Shown here one piece after another: positions 47,570-60,129 of a stretch of DNA of 64,000 nt. A model generated the notes under the pieces. It was not told where the DNA came from, made no database searches, and was given only the letters and a program-made list of their open reading frames with translations. This DNA comes from Macrostomum lignano (lineage: Eukaryota): positions 185,836 through 249,835 of the forward strand of contig NIVC01001688.1 of the NCBI GenBank assembly GCA_002269645.1, written 5' to 3'. Positions within the stretch are counted from its first letter, which is position 1, and the number at the start of each line of letters is the position of its first letter. Both the position numbers and the translations under genes were made by a program.

Positions 47570-48365
47570 TGTTGGGGGGTGGTTGTTGTTGGGGGGTTTG
47601 CGTAACGTGGGGGCTGCCGCCCCCACACCCCCGCTCCCCCACCCCTCCCGCGCGTTGTTGTTGGGGAGGGTGGTTGTTGTTGTGGGTTTGCGTAACGTGG
47701 GGGCTGCCGCCCCCACACCCCCGCTCCCCCACCCCTCCGCGCGTTGTTGTTGGGAGGGTGGTTGTTGTTGGGGGTTTGCGTAACGTGGGGGCTGCCGCCC
47801 CCACACCCCCGCTCCCCCACCCCTCCCGCGCGTTGTTGTTGGGGAGGGTGGCTGTTGTTGTGGGGTTTGCGTAACGTGGGGGCTGCCGCCCCCACACCCC
47901 CGCTCCCCCACCCCTCCCGCGCGTTGTTGTTGGGAGGGTGGTTGTTGTTGGGGGTTTGCGTAACGTGGGGGCTGCCGCCCCCACACCCCCGCTCCCCCAC
48001 CCCTCCCGCGCGTTGTTGTTGGGGAGGGTGGTTGTTGTTGTGGGGTTTGCGTAACGTGGGGGCTGCCGCCCCCACACCCCCGCTCCCCCACCCCTCCCGC
48101 GCGTTGTTGTTAGGGAGGGTGGTTGTTGTTGTGGGGTTTGCGTAACGTGGGGGCTGCCGCCCCCACACCCCCGCTCCCCCACCCCTCCCGCGAGTTGTTG
48201 TTGGGGAGGGTGGTTGTTGTTGTGGGGTTTGCGTAAGGTGGGGGCTGCCGCCCCCACACCCCCGCTCCCCCACCCTCCCGCGCGTTGTTGTTGGGGAGGG
48301 TGGTTGTTGTTGTGGGGTTTGCGTATCGTGGGGCTGCCGCCCCCACACCCCCGCTCCCCCACCTA
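47570..48365. repeat. About 90-bp central tandem repeat of unit 2
   Basis: ggggtttgcgtaacgtgggggctgccgcccccacacccccgctcccccacccctcccgcgcgttgttgttggggagggtggttgttgttgt, about 9 copies. Confidence 0.95.
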
Positions 48366-51360
48366 ACCCCTCCGCAACTTTTCCCACCTCTAACACATCT
48401 TTTTAGCACGCTAAAACTGCTTGTAAGCCTTCTGGCGACCACGCAACACATACTTGCCGATATGTATCGTAATCTTCTTTCTGCACTAACAAATCATCTG
48501 TGCCGCACTTTCAGCTTCACTCTTACTCTTTAATAAGGTATAGAAGGAAAGGAAAATTAAACAATCAATATTAAATTATATTCAAGTGAAAGAGAATTTT
48601 GAAAATACTAATAAATCCGTTCCTGCTAAAAAAATTAAATATAGAAAAAAAACTGGTCCACTTGGGATTCGAACCCGGGTACATGTATTTTACAATGCAA
48701 CTGCCTTCGCCCCCGATCCATCTCTCGCTTCAGAGAAGCTCTACAGTGCACGCCCTTTATATCGAATATTCCCTATGGTAGCCACTTATACGATTTTTGC
48801 TGCTTTTTCATACATTTCTGCTCGCTGCATCGCAACGCCTTAACCTAAAAATACGAGTCGCATGTCGTTGCAGAGATAACATCAAGGCGCATCTATCTAA
48901 TGCATTTTCAAACTATGTCAACAAATTTTTACGGCTGCTAGGCGCCACAATATGAATTTTCACCTGTTCTGACAGGTATTCAAACAGCTATTAAGACCTG
49001 TTAACCTAAGAATCAATTTTCAAAACTAATTTAGTTGCATAGTACATCAGTAGTGCTGTTTTTAGACACCAAACTTGAGTCTCTAGGCCTTGCCAATGCA
49101 GAGTTATTAGCAAAAGTATGCTCAAAATTTGCCCAAAAATGGCCTACTCAAAATTCGGAGCCAATTTTCTCAAAAATACGAATTTTCCAGCCATATTGGC
49201 GTATGACCGGTGAAACTTCAGCTATTCGGCTAAACAATATTGAAAATGCAGAAAAATCGGTGCGCAAAAATTCTTATTTTTTGACTTCAAAGTTTGTACC
49301 CCCAAATGGGCCGTTTTTCAATTAACAGGTAAAAAGTACCTGTTAACAGGGGTTTTTTCAGGAGTGTCTTATGTCATTCAAAAGGGCATCCGATGGGCTA
49401 CAATTTGACACCACACTCGAAAAAATTCGCCCAGTAATAAAAATTTTTCTTTAACAACATATGCTTTTTTGGTCGAGTCCCCCGGCCTCTTTTTTCCCCG
49501 GTTTCCGGGTCACTGCTCCGCACAGGTAGGTCCAAATGCTTAGAAAATTTAGGAAAACAAATTTCCATATGTTTGACACGTTTTGTTAAAATCTCAACAC
49601 CGTAGCTTAAAACACTTTCTTATTTTTGGAGACTACTTTTTGAAAACGTGACCCAAATTTTCAAAAACACTCTTTTTGACCCTTGTAGCCATATAGAGCA
49701 GCAATGAATGGCCCAATCAAGCAGATCTCAGCATTTCCGAATAAAAGACATCCATTTGAGTGATTTGGGTTGAAAAATTGAAAAAATCAAGATTTGCATC
49801 TGTATAGGATAAGCCTCTTTAAAGTGCACAAACGGTTTGTACTTTTAAAGTGCAGATAGGCAGCCATGTCAAAAGTACATTTTAGCCCAAAAAATTATAG
49901 CGCATCTAAAAGCCCCAGGTGTTGTTGACATTAGGCAGCAGCTCAAAAGCCGCGCTATTGCGCGTCCTTTTCGCTGCAGTACGGGCAAGGTTGAAAAACA
50001 TGTACAAAAAATTGGCCGAAAAATTGCATTTTTAATAATCAGATGCAGTTTGCTCAAAAATACGAATTTTCCAGCCATATTGGCGTATGACCGGTGAAAC
50101 TTTAGCTATTCGACTAAACAATATTGAAAATGCAGAAAAATCGGTGCGCAAAATTTCTTATTTTTCGACTTCAAAGTTTGTACCCCCAAATGGGCCGTTT
50201 TTCACTTAACAGGTAAAAAGTACCTGTTAACAGGGGTTTTTTCCAGAGTGTCTTATGTCATTCAAAAGGGCATCCGATGGGCTACAATTTGACACTACAC
50301 TCAAAAAAATTCGCCCCATTTTAAAAAAATTTCCTTAACAACGTTTGATTTTCTGCAGAGCCCCCGGCCTCTTTTTTCCCTGGTTTCCGGGTCACTGCTC
50401 AGCACAGGTAGGTCCAAATGCTTAGAAAATTTAGGAAAACAAATTTCCAAATGTTTGACACGTTGTGTTAAAGTCTCAACACCGTAGCATAAAACACTTT
50501 CTTATTTTTTGGGACTACTTTTTAAAAACGTGACCCAATTTTTCGAAAATGTCGTTTTTAGGCACTCTTTGGCACCTGGGCAGGTTATTGATGGCCCAAT
50601 CGGCCAGATCTCAATGTTTCCGAATAGAAGACATCCATTTGAGTAATTTGGTGTAGAAATATTAAAAAATAAAGTTTTCCATCTCGACGCCATAGGCCTC
50701 ACAAAAGTGCACTAAAAATTTGTACTTTTAAACAGCAGATAGGCAGCCATGTGAAAAGTACATTTTAGCCAAAAAAACTACAGCGCATTAGACAGCTCAA
50801 AGTGTTGTCAACGCTAGGAGACAGCTCAAAGGCCGCGCGAAAGCGCGTCCTTTTCGCTGCGGTGAGGCAAAGTTGAAAAAAATGCCAATTTTTCGACCTC
50901 AAAAAACACGTTTTTTGTACTTTTACCTGTAAAGTGAAAGTACAATCAAAAAATCCATTTCGGATCATTTTAGCGTTCGAATGCCCGCGTCTGCTGAGCC
51001 CACTCGCTAAGCGCTGCCATATTCTCAATCCTTATTTTTTGAGATCAAATTTTTTGACAATGTCGAAAAAACGCAGTTTTTGGTTGCCATGGCAACCAAA
51101 ACGCGTCGCCATGACAACCAAACACTGCGGATCTGTTAGCCCTAGGTCTTTGACGCATTTTGGCAAAAACCGTTTGTAAATCGGTCGTACCGTTTTTTAT
51201 GCGCAGCGTTTCAAAGTTGAAAAACGTCATTTTTAGTGTGTCACATCTGTTGCACATCTTATCAGGGACGATTTCGCAAAAGTAAGCAGTATAGAAAAAA
51301 ATTCTCGCTTCGCTCGCATTTTTTCCTATACTACTTACTGGCTCATCGTCCCACAACTAG

Positions 51361-54300
51361 ACATAAAATTAAATTAGATATAGCAGGTAAATCTCTAGAA
51401 TTTAGCGATAGAATTCCGCTCGTGACATCGAGTGACGAAACGCGTTGCGTCCTACTGCAAGTAGTCAAGAAAGTATCTATATCACCGATGAGCGAAATTT
51501 ATGTCAAGGCTAAATGTAAAGATATTCCAGAGACTGCAGAACTCGGCTTCATTTTAGGCCGCAGTCAAATCAGTGAGAAAGATGAGCCATTAGTAGCTAA
51601 AGCTATTACTAGATTAGACGAATTCGGTGAAACTTACGTTAGATTAATGAACCTGACAGAAGAGGCACAGACAATTCATAAGGATGAGGTAGTTGCGCAG
51701 TATCAACCGCTGAAGGAAGACGTAGAACTTTTCGCAATGTCAGAAACTGATTTAGAAGTAGGTGCGCAGAAGCAACCAAAGGAGGCAGTCACGGTGCAAG
51801 AAGCAGACAGGCTTAGAGAACAATTCCGCTTAAACGAGACCGATTTAAGTGAAGCTCAGAAGAGAAAAGTAATTGAATTATTACATCGTTACCAGAATAT
51901 TGTTTCGAAGGACCAGTGGGACATCGGTAAAACCCAGATGGGCGAATTCAAGATTGAGACTACCGATGAAATTCCAGTCAGAATTCCCCTGCGCAAGCAA
52001 AGCCCAGAGCAACGAGAATTTGTTAGCGGGCATGTGCAGCAGCTGTTAGAGCACGATTTGATTGAGCCTTCAGAATCTGAGTGGAGCTGCCCTATTGTTC
52101 TCGCCCGGAAGAAGTCCGGAGAATTCAGATCTTGCTGTGACTTCAGACAGTTAAATAATAAGACCAAGACAGTTTTCCGCTACCGTTAATTCAAGAATCG
52201 CTAGAATCCCTGGCAGGCAACATGTACTTTAGCACCCTCGAAATAGTCGGCGCTTATTGGTCAGTGAAGGCCAGAGAGGCTGACCGCGAGAAATTTGCGT
52301 TTCGAACCCATGATAGCCTGTTTCAGTGGAAAGTTTTGCCTTTCGGAGTCACGAACGGACCCGCTTGCTTTCAACGCATACCGTAATGCAGAAGATCTTA
52401 GGTGATTATACTTACAAGTTCGCCTTACTCTACCTAGATGATGTAATCTGCACAGGCAAGAATTTCGAAGAAATGCTCACTAATTTAGAACTAATATTTT
52501 CTCGGTTAGCAGAAGCTGGAATGAAAATCAAGCCAGAGAGGACCTTTCTGTTTCGGAAAGAAGTCACCTTCCTAGGGCACACTGTCTGCCAGCACGGTAT
52601 TTATACTAGCAAAGATAAGATAGAAAAAGTCCAGACATGGCCCCGGCCAGAGAATATCTCTGAGCTGCGTGGATTCTTAGGCTTAGCAGGTTACTATCGC
52701 AGATTTATTAAGGCCTTTGCGCGTATAAGTGAGCCTTTAAATAATTAAACTAGAAAAGATGTCAAGTATAAGTGGAATGACAGTTGCCTGAGGGCATTTG
52801 ATTTATTAAAGCAGAAGCTAGTGAATGCACCTGTGCTGAGCTACCCCAGGTTCGATAGCGACGCGGGACCGTTTATTCTCGATGTCGACGCGTGTGACGT
52901 AGCTATAGGTGGAAATTTATTACAAGAGCAAGATGGGGAAGAGAAAGTGATAGCCTACGCTTCCCATCCGTTAAACGAGCATCAGTTGAATTACTGCACT
53001 ACGATGAAGGAAATGTTTGCGCTAATATATTTCTTAGAACATTACCGGCCTTATCTGGTAGGCCGTCGTTTCAAGGTCAGGACAGACCACGCGGCCCTCC
53101 AATGGCTACGCAAGTGCCATGGTGCAAAAGGCATGTTAGGCAGATAGGAATATGATTCTTGAGCAGTTTGATCAATTTGAAGTAATCTCGAGAATGGAAG
53201 AATATGACTTTGCAATTCAATACCGCCAAAGGATAGCCCATGGTAACGCAGACGCCCTGAGTCGCAGACCTCAGCGGGATGGTCCCCCGAAACGCTACCA
53301 TGAGGAATGCCCCACGTGCAGTGCGACAAAGACTGCCACAGTCCACTGCGGTGCAATAAATATCGATACGCCAGCGGGAATTGTAGAACTGCAGGAGAGC
53401 CAGCCAGAGTTGCTGCTGCTCAAGCAAAAGCTCAGGCAGGGAGAGCCCTGTCCGCCCAAGAACGAATGGGTTGGAATGAGTCGCAGTTATAAGTCATTAT
53501 TAAGCGATTATGAGCAGCTAACAGTGAAGAATAACATAATTCATAGAAACTGGACAGATTCAGAAGGCCGAAAATTTGAGCAGATTATATTGCAAGAGAA
53601 TCCAGCCGTAGAGCAACAGCTGTTCCGGGCTTATCACGACCAGATGGCCCACGGCGGTATTTCCAAGACAAAAGATTTGATTCGACAGAGATTCTGGTGG
53701 CCAAATTATTCAACAAACTTAGATAGATATATCAAGACTTGTACTGAGTGCCAGACAAGGAGGAAATACGGGCCGAAGCCAAGAGCGCCTTTAGAACCAG
53801 AAGTAAGCAGTTACATGGGCGAAAAAGTCCATATAGATTTCGCCGGTCCGTTTAACGCCACGGCACGGGAGAACAAGTACCTCCTGCTGATGGTCGATCA
53901 CTTTACGGGTTGGCTGGAGGTCAAGGCACTTAGAGATTGTACAGCTGAGAGTACAGCTTGGGCCCTGTACACAGAGTGGATCACTCGGCATGGTGCCCCT
54001 GAAGCATTCATATCAGACAGAGGAACATCATTTACGGCAGGATTAGTGAAGTCGCTAACCGAAAATTTCTGAATAGATCTGCGCCATACTACTAGCTACC
54101 ATCCGCAGGCTAACGGTCGCTGCGAGCGCATGGTCAGAGTAGTGAAAGATGGAATCAGGTTAGCTCAGAGCGAACTTAGTTTGGCATGGGATGAGGTGCT
54201 TCCGCACGCTGTGATGGTTCAGCGAAGCACAGTCAGTGAAAGCAATAAATTTAGCCCGCTCGAATTAGTCTATGGCCGAAAGATGCGGCTACCGGTTGAT

Positions 54301-55035
54301 GCTGAGCTTGGATTGCCTTCGCCGGAGCGCAAGACCCGTGATAAGCATTTGCACGATCTGTATAAAAAGTGCATGGAATCGTATCGAATTGCCAGAGAAA
54401 AACAACAAATATCAGTCAGGCGGCAGAAGTCTAATTATGACGCTTAAGTATTCCAGCAGTATTATCAGCCAGGTGACCTGGTCTGGATAGAGAATACGCA
54501 GAACTGTTACGATACGAATAGGAAATGGGTAGGTCCGTACAGAGTGCTTGAAGTTAGAAATAATGGAAAAAAATTAAAGATTGAGCCCGGTCCGAAGGTT
54601 GACCGCATAGAGCAACCTGTCAGAATTCATGACGTAGTGACGGTAGACAGAACAAAGCCATGCTACTTGTCGGAAGAAAATTTGCGCCAGTATCGAGAAG
54701 AAGAAGCTGGAAGTGCTAGCGATGACGGCTCGGAGGAGTCAGAAAGAGTCCAAGTGGAGATTCGGAGGCCTGAGAGAATTAGATTTTTGCAACGTGAGAG
54801 AGCTCACGAAGCTACTGGAAGTAATGTGAATAGAACAGTGGAAAGCACTCAGACAGCGGCCAATGCCAACCAACAGGCCAGGCAGAGTCCTGTGCGCACT
54901 CCGCCGAATTTAATGCATCTGAGCCCCGTGCACAGTACGCCGCCGCAGCGGGCAGGCACGAGTAACATTAGCTGGATACCGCGGCTGCGAAACCGCGCGG
55001 CGATTAGACCCCCAGAGCGATATGGTCATCATTGA
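51361..55035 (+). mobile_element. Ty3/Gypsy pol remainder (RT, RNase H, integrase), pseudogenised
   Basis: SEWSCPIVLARKKSGEFRSCCDFRQLN; LYLDDVI; FLGLAGYYRRFI; FILDVDAC, TDHAAL; HHCC (HDQMAHGG...CTEC); VHIDFAGP, ISDRGTSF, YHPQANGRCER; several frameshifts and stops; no LTR pair found. Confidence 0.95.
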
Positions 55036-55631
55036 ATAGGGCCATAGACAAAAATACTGTCGAGACGGAAATCTTCATTGTATTACTAATAGTAACTTGT
55101 CGAGACATACGCGAGAAAATTTGTAGATCGCAAGATGGAACTGGAGGAAAATTGATAATAGAAATTCAGAATTGGACATAATAAAGACTTGGAAGTGCTG
55201 ATGTTGACACTGCAGTTGAGGGAGTTGGCGACGAACTGCTCGAGCTGTCACACCTGGTGGATTCCAGGATGCTCATGAGAGAGAAATACCATAGACGACC
55301 ATAGAAGATATAAAACGCCGAAGGGTGCTAATTGAAATTGAAATCGGAAAAGGGCCCAGATTGAAGTTGTCTGCGGTTCCACCGGCCAGCATATTAGGAA
55401 ATATTATTATGAGATAAAATTATTAAGGAATAAATATTATTAAAAAATTATGAAAAACAGTCTTGCAGTAGAACTGACATGCGTGCATATTCGATAATAA
55501 CATAAAAACTGTAAAAGGTTCATAAAAACAATACAAAAAAATATTATTCCTAATTGCTTGAGTCAGAAACTGCTAGACACAAAAATATTAAACACTCACA
55601 GTACACTGACATGCTACATGTTGCAGCTGAC

Positions 55632-56216
55632 ATGGCTCAGCGAGAGGATGGGGAGATTCCCGACGGCGCTGCTGCGGTCCCGGAGGTGGACGTATTGGAT
55701 GTGTGCGCCGCCGTCGACGATCTGGGTATGTCGGAGGCGACGGCGAAGCCATCACGAGCTGAACGGCGGCGGGAGCGGGCTCACAGGCACTACGAGCAAC
55801 GACGTGCCGTGCGCCGCGCTGAACGCAAACTTGAGACATCGCCGACGCTGACACGGCCACAGGTCTTTTCGGCCCTGAGGCGCTACATTAGAAACGACTG
55901 GAGCCGAAACCCGTTAGTAGATACGCTTCGTGCAAAGATCCGGCACGTGCGGCTTGCTGGTCAGCAAGGCGGCATCCCGATGCCCGAATTGTTCGACACG
56001 ATGGCGACGGCCGTGTCGGTGGCCATTGCCTTTACGCCCCGCCAGCGGATGCCAGACACGAGCATCGACGACATCCGAACGGCCATTTCAATTTTTTGCT
56101 ATCTTGGCAGTCTATTTCGTATCAGTGTATTTTACAATTGCCGCAGTGAAATTGAGGGGTGCTTGCTTGACTTATTGCGCTGGGCAGCGGAGTACACTGT
56201 GGTCGCTGGCTATTAG
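55632..56216 (+). CDS. Orphan intronless ORF with an Arg-rich segment; function unknown
   Basis: Open frame MAQREDGEI...SRAERRRERAHRHYEQRRAVRRAERK...; GC-rich amid AT-rich flanks; no family recognised. Confidence 0.4.
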   Translation: MAQREDGEIPDGAAAVPEVDVLDVCAAVDDLGMSEATAKPSRAERRRERAHRHYEQRRAVRRAERKLETSPTLTRPQVFSALRRYIRNDWSRNPLVDTLRAKIRHVRLAGQQGGIPMPELFDTMATAVSVAIAFTPRQRMPDTSIDDIRTAISIFCYLGSLFRISVFYNCRSEIEGCLLDLLRWAAEYTVVAGY

Positions 56217-56317
56217 ATAATAAAACTGCTAATTTTAAACTACTGTACGTATTCGCACCAAGCGCCTATTTTTAAGTACCAAAGTACCTAAGGCGAGCAC
56301 AAGCCTCAGCACGTGGA

Positions 56318-56722
56318 ATGCCTACAGTGCGACGAGCTTCTGTGCAAGACATGCAGCGCCATGGTGCACAAATACCCGGCTTGCAGACGGAAGCCAACGG
56401 CGCTGTCTCCGGCCTGCGAGATACCGTCAGCAGACAGGAGTCTGAGCTGGATGCCGTGCGCCGGGAGCGCAACAATGCTCTAGCTCTACAGGCCAAGACG
56501 GCGAAGGAAATAAACTGCCTCCGCAGCACGATTGCGCAGCTCCGGCAGAAGCGACAAGCCACCACCGCTGAGGCGCAGTCGGTGGCTGAATCTCTGTGCT
56601 CGTTGGCGTCCCGAGTGGCTGCAGGCTCGGCTACTGCAAGCAGCTTGTCTGCTCCTGCTGCCACTGTGGAGTCTGTGGACGAGCTCTACGACTTAATTCA
56701 ACCAGCCGTCGCTACCCTGTAG
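56318..56722 (+). CDS. Orphan coiled-coil ORF; function unknown
   Basis: 134 aa with heptad-like LRDTVSRQESELDAVRRERNNAL...LRSTIAQLRQK. Confidence 0.35.
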   Translation: MPTVRRASVQDMQRHGAQIPGLQTEANGAVSGLRDTVSRQESELDAVRRERNNALALQAKTAKEINCLRSTIAQLRQKRQATTAEAQSVAESLCSLASRVAAGSATASSLSAPAATVESVDELYDLIQPAVATL

Positions 56723-57279
56723 CTCCACATTGGCCAACTCTGCGCCAATGGCGCCCTTACGGCAGCAGCGCTCCGATTACACGGAGTCCCAAACCATTTT
56801 ACAGGCTGCACTGTTATGGAAAATCTTTCAATATGCTTGAAGTGGCCAGCGCTTGGAAGGAGAGTTAAGTGCAGTATTACACAGTATGTATTAAACCGGA
56901 CTGTCAGTACCCTATTTCCGATACCTGGATTTTAAAAAAATCAACGATAAACAAAAATAAATGCATAATTTAAGCTTTTTAGACCTTTCCCTGCATTTTT
57001 AAGGCAAAGAAAGCAAGCTTAGCATTGTTTTTAATGAATAAACCTTCAGTAAAAGAAATAAAATAAATGAACGAATGAAAAAAATCACTAGCTACTGTAG
57101 ACGAATAGTCTAATACGAGTGTGTAGAATTATAAAAACTGACAATTCCACTATATTTGCCTTCTTTCGTAGCCGTAACATGCTACTTCTGCGGTAGGGGG
57201 CACCGGGTGGCGCGATGCGAGGCCGTCCGCCAGTACTACGCACAGCAACAGGAGCAGCAGCAGCACAAGCAGAAGCAGT

Positions 57280-57870
57280 ACCCACCATCGCCACCGACAG
57301 CCTGAGCGCCATCACGGCCCTGAGCGCCGGGCCACTTAGGCAGAGGGACTCAGTGGCAGCCGACTGCTGGCAGCTCATCCTGAACCTGACCGAGCTAGGT
57401 ACCAGGACCGGCTTCTGCTGGGTCCCGGCCCACTGCGGTATAACCGGCAACGAGGCTGCCAACCAGGCAGCGGCCAGGGCAGCAAACCTCGACCTAGGCC
57501 ATGCCCCGATCCAGATGGACGCCACCAGAGCGTCCTGGACACCGCAGCAGTCGGCCCTTTCTAGAGCCTGCCTCTGGGCCTGCCGCGGAAACTGCAGGTC
57601 CTGATTAACCAGCTGCGCGCGGGCGCCAGCATGATCGACAAGAAAACTCGCCACCGGCTCGGCATCGACGCGTCCCCCTGTGCCCCGACTGCGGCGAGGT
57701 GGACAGCGCCGACCACGTCGTCCTCCGCTGCCCAAGAGGCGACCGCCACCGAGCCTAACGCGGAATTCCATTCGAGAACTTGGAGAACCCGGCCGCGGTC
57801 ATCGAGCTCCTGCGCAGTATGGGGTGCCTCTAGCACCCCGCCATTATCGGTCTTCCGGCTCGGGCGCGCC
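57280..57870 (+). mobile_element. Ingi/I-group non-LTR 3' fragment (end of RNase H plus CCHC finger)
   Basis: ATDSLSAI...WVPAHCGITGNEAANQAA; QLRAG...HRLG..SPC/PDCGEVDSADHVVLRCP. Confidence 0.88.
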
Positions 57871-58829
57871 CTGAAGCAGAAAGAAAGAAAGCACCAGCAC
57901 CAGCAGGGGCGGCATGATTAAAACTGTCTGTACTCGCGATTTACTTAGTTATTAAGCGCGTTCGGCAAAAAAGCACCAGCCGTGTTTTCTGTGGCACAAA
58001 TTAAAGTTAATTATATTACCTAAAACACTGTTGTTCGTTCGTTGACGTTGACGTTTGTGGCATTATTTCTGCAGTTGAGAAGCCAAAGGAAGTGCAAAAT
58101 GGTTCCGGAAAGCTCGTCCATTTGGCAAAAGTTACTATTGTTGATAAGTCTGGGTCGTCTGTGTCCTGCACTTTTTAGGCCAGTTCTGCGCAGGTGAAAA
58201 AACTGGTCTGTCGGCGACATTCTCGCTATTCATGGTTGTCAAGTCCAAGAGTACGCCCAAATGATAAGCCTCGGCTGTTCGCAGGTAGAAGTGCATCACT
58301 GGCTGCACATGACACCAATACCGATCTTTGATGAAATCCATGACAGATTTCATTTCAATTTTTTAGATTTTTAACCACTTATGCCCCAGTACAGAATTTT
58401 GCGAACAGAATATTATAATGGCATTAAATATTTAAAGTATTATTTAATTCCACCATAGCATGTCATTACTACGAATGACTGTACATGTACGTGTACCATT
58501 GGATACTTGCATATGCCGAGCGTCACTAGATGCTCTCCTACACAGAACAGTATGTTATCACACTACATGACCGTAGAGCCCGATTGTTGTAATCCAAGTA
58601 TGAACTGTAGGATAATACGAAGCTGAATAGATTCACTGAACGTTTTGACATTTTTGTCAATTCTACGATAAGCAGAGCAGAGTCGAGGGCGAGTATTAAA
58701 TTGACCTTGGGAAAGGAACTAACATTTTCTCAAGTAATTTTTAAGTCCTAGTTTAAAGTATTTAAAAGTACAAAAAAGGTTTTAAACATATTATGCCCTA
58801 CATAAATCCCATATACTAAAAATGAGTTG

Positions 58830-59220
58830 TCTGTAGCAATGCGATAGATTTCAGAAAAAATGGCTCAACCGATTTTCTTCAAACTTGCACCATTCGATCA
58901 GAAATTTTTCTTGGGACGGTACATGCATCTTGGCTAAGAAATTGCTCAATTCTAAAGAGATTAAATATTCGAAAAACATGTTTATTTGCAATGTCAAGCA
59001 AAATTTTCGACTTGAAATGCATTGTAAGAATGCTAGATAAAAACCTGACTGACTGAATTCCAATTCTGATAAAGATTGCATCACAACAAGTTGAAAAGAG
59101 TGCCGAAGAAATGCACACACAACTTGATTAAAATTGCGTAATAATATTGCTAACTTACATTGAGACTGATACTGGCTGACTGAGAAATTGATTATGTCAT
59201 AACTTTCTACTCTCACTGAC
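58830..59220 (-). mobile_element. DINE-1/HINE-like repeat
   Basis: Minus strand tgcaagtttgaagaaaatcggttgagccatttt core; shares the ctcagtcagcc/agtatcagtctca segment with about 25345 and 39420. Confidence 0.55.
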
Positions 59221-59404
59221 TTGCTGTAAGAATTGAATTATAAGGGCCACAATTCATGTTTTCCAATTGACAAGAGATAGCATAGATGCGAACAGACTGG
59301 ACTGCTAATGCAGCGACCTGGGTTCGAATCTTAGTAGTGCAAAAAGATTTTTTTTATTAAAACACCTTAAAAACACAAAATGCTAAACACAAAAAAGCAC
59401 AATG

Positions 59405-59740
59405 TCAAACATTAAAGAGCCATCATGTCAAACATAAAAGAGCCACCATGTCAAACATAAAAGGACCACCATGTCGAACATTAAAGAGCCACCATGTCAA
59501 ACATTAAAGAGCCATCATGTCGAACATTAAAGAGCCACCATGTCAAACACTAAAGAGCCACTATGTTAAACATTAAAGAGCCACCATGTCGAACAATAAA
59601 GAGCCACCATGTCAAACATTAAAGAGCCACCATGTCAAACACTAAAGAGCCACTATGTCAAACATAAAAGAGCCACCATGTCAAGCATTAAAGAGCCACT
59701 ATGTCAAACATAAAAGAGCCACCAGGTCAAACATAAAAGA
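59405..59740. repeat. 23-bp minisatellite aaacattaaagagccaccatgtc
   Basis: About 14 tandem variant units. Confidence 0.95.
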
Positions 59741-60129
59741 TACACAATTTTAAACGTAAAAGTAAGCGTCATGCCAATTTTAAAGGAGCCACTATAGAGC
59801 TAAGGAAATTGTTGCACTAGCTACTTATTGTCTGGTGGATGCTTACTATAGCTTTTCCCGGTCAATTTGGTCCTAGAAGCACTCAATTTAATCCGCAATA
59901 GAGAATTCCAATTCATTCCGCCGTCACTAGAGATATGTCTATGGCCAAGTATGCTGTTTCGTTCCACTCAATTTAATCCTGGGGGCACTTATTTCGCGTA
60001 TTTATTTTAAAAGCTATTACTTTTAAAGAAAAGAGATTGACGCATTGATTTGTAAGCATTAAGTTGTTCAGAAACTGGCGCTACTTTCCGAGTCACTCAT
60101 TCTTGCTTATTAACGGCTTTTAAAATAAA

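Larger units (their letters stand above)
44449..51360 (-). mobile_element. 6.9-kb tandem non-autonomous Helitron2/Helentron-like insertion (units 44449-47116 and 47117-51360; the second has an internal duplication from about 50052)
   Basis: AACTAG at 44443, 47111 and 51355; 11-bp asymmetric inverted repeat gtgggacgatg/catcgtcccac; hairpin tgaagacg-ctgt-cgtcttca next to CTAG; shared ~1.3-kb core. Confidence 0.85.

Noticed and set aside
47400-48533. Gln/Pro/Gly-rich ORFs of 200-320 aa
   Set aside because: Open in several frames on both strands because of the 90-bp repeat and (GTT)n
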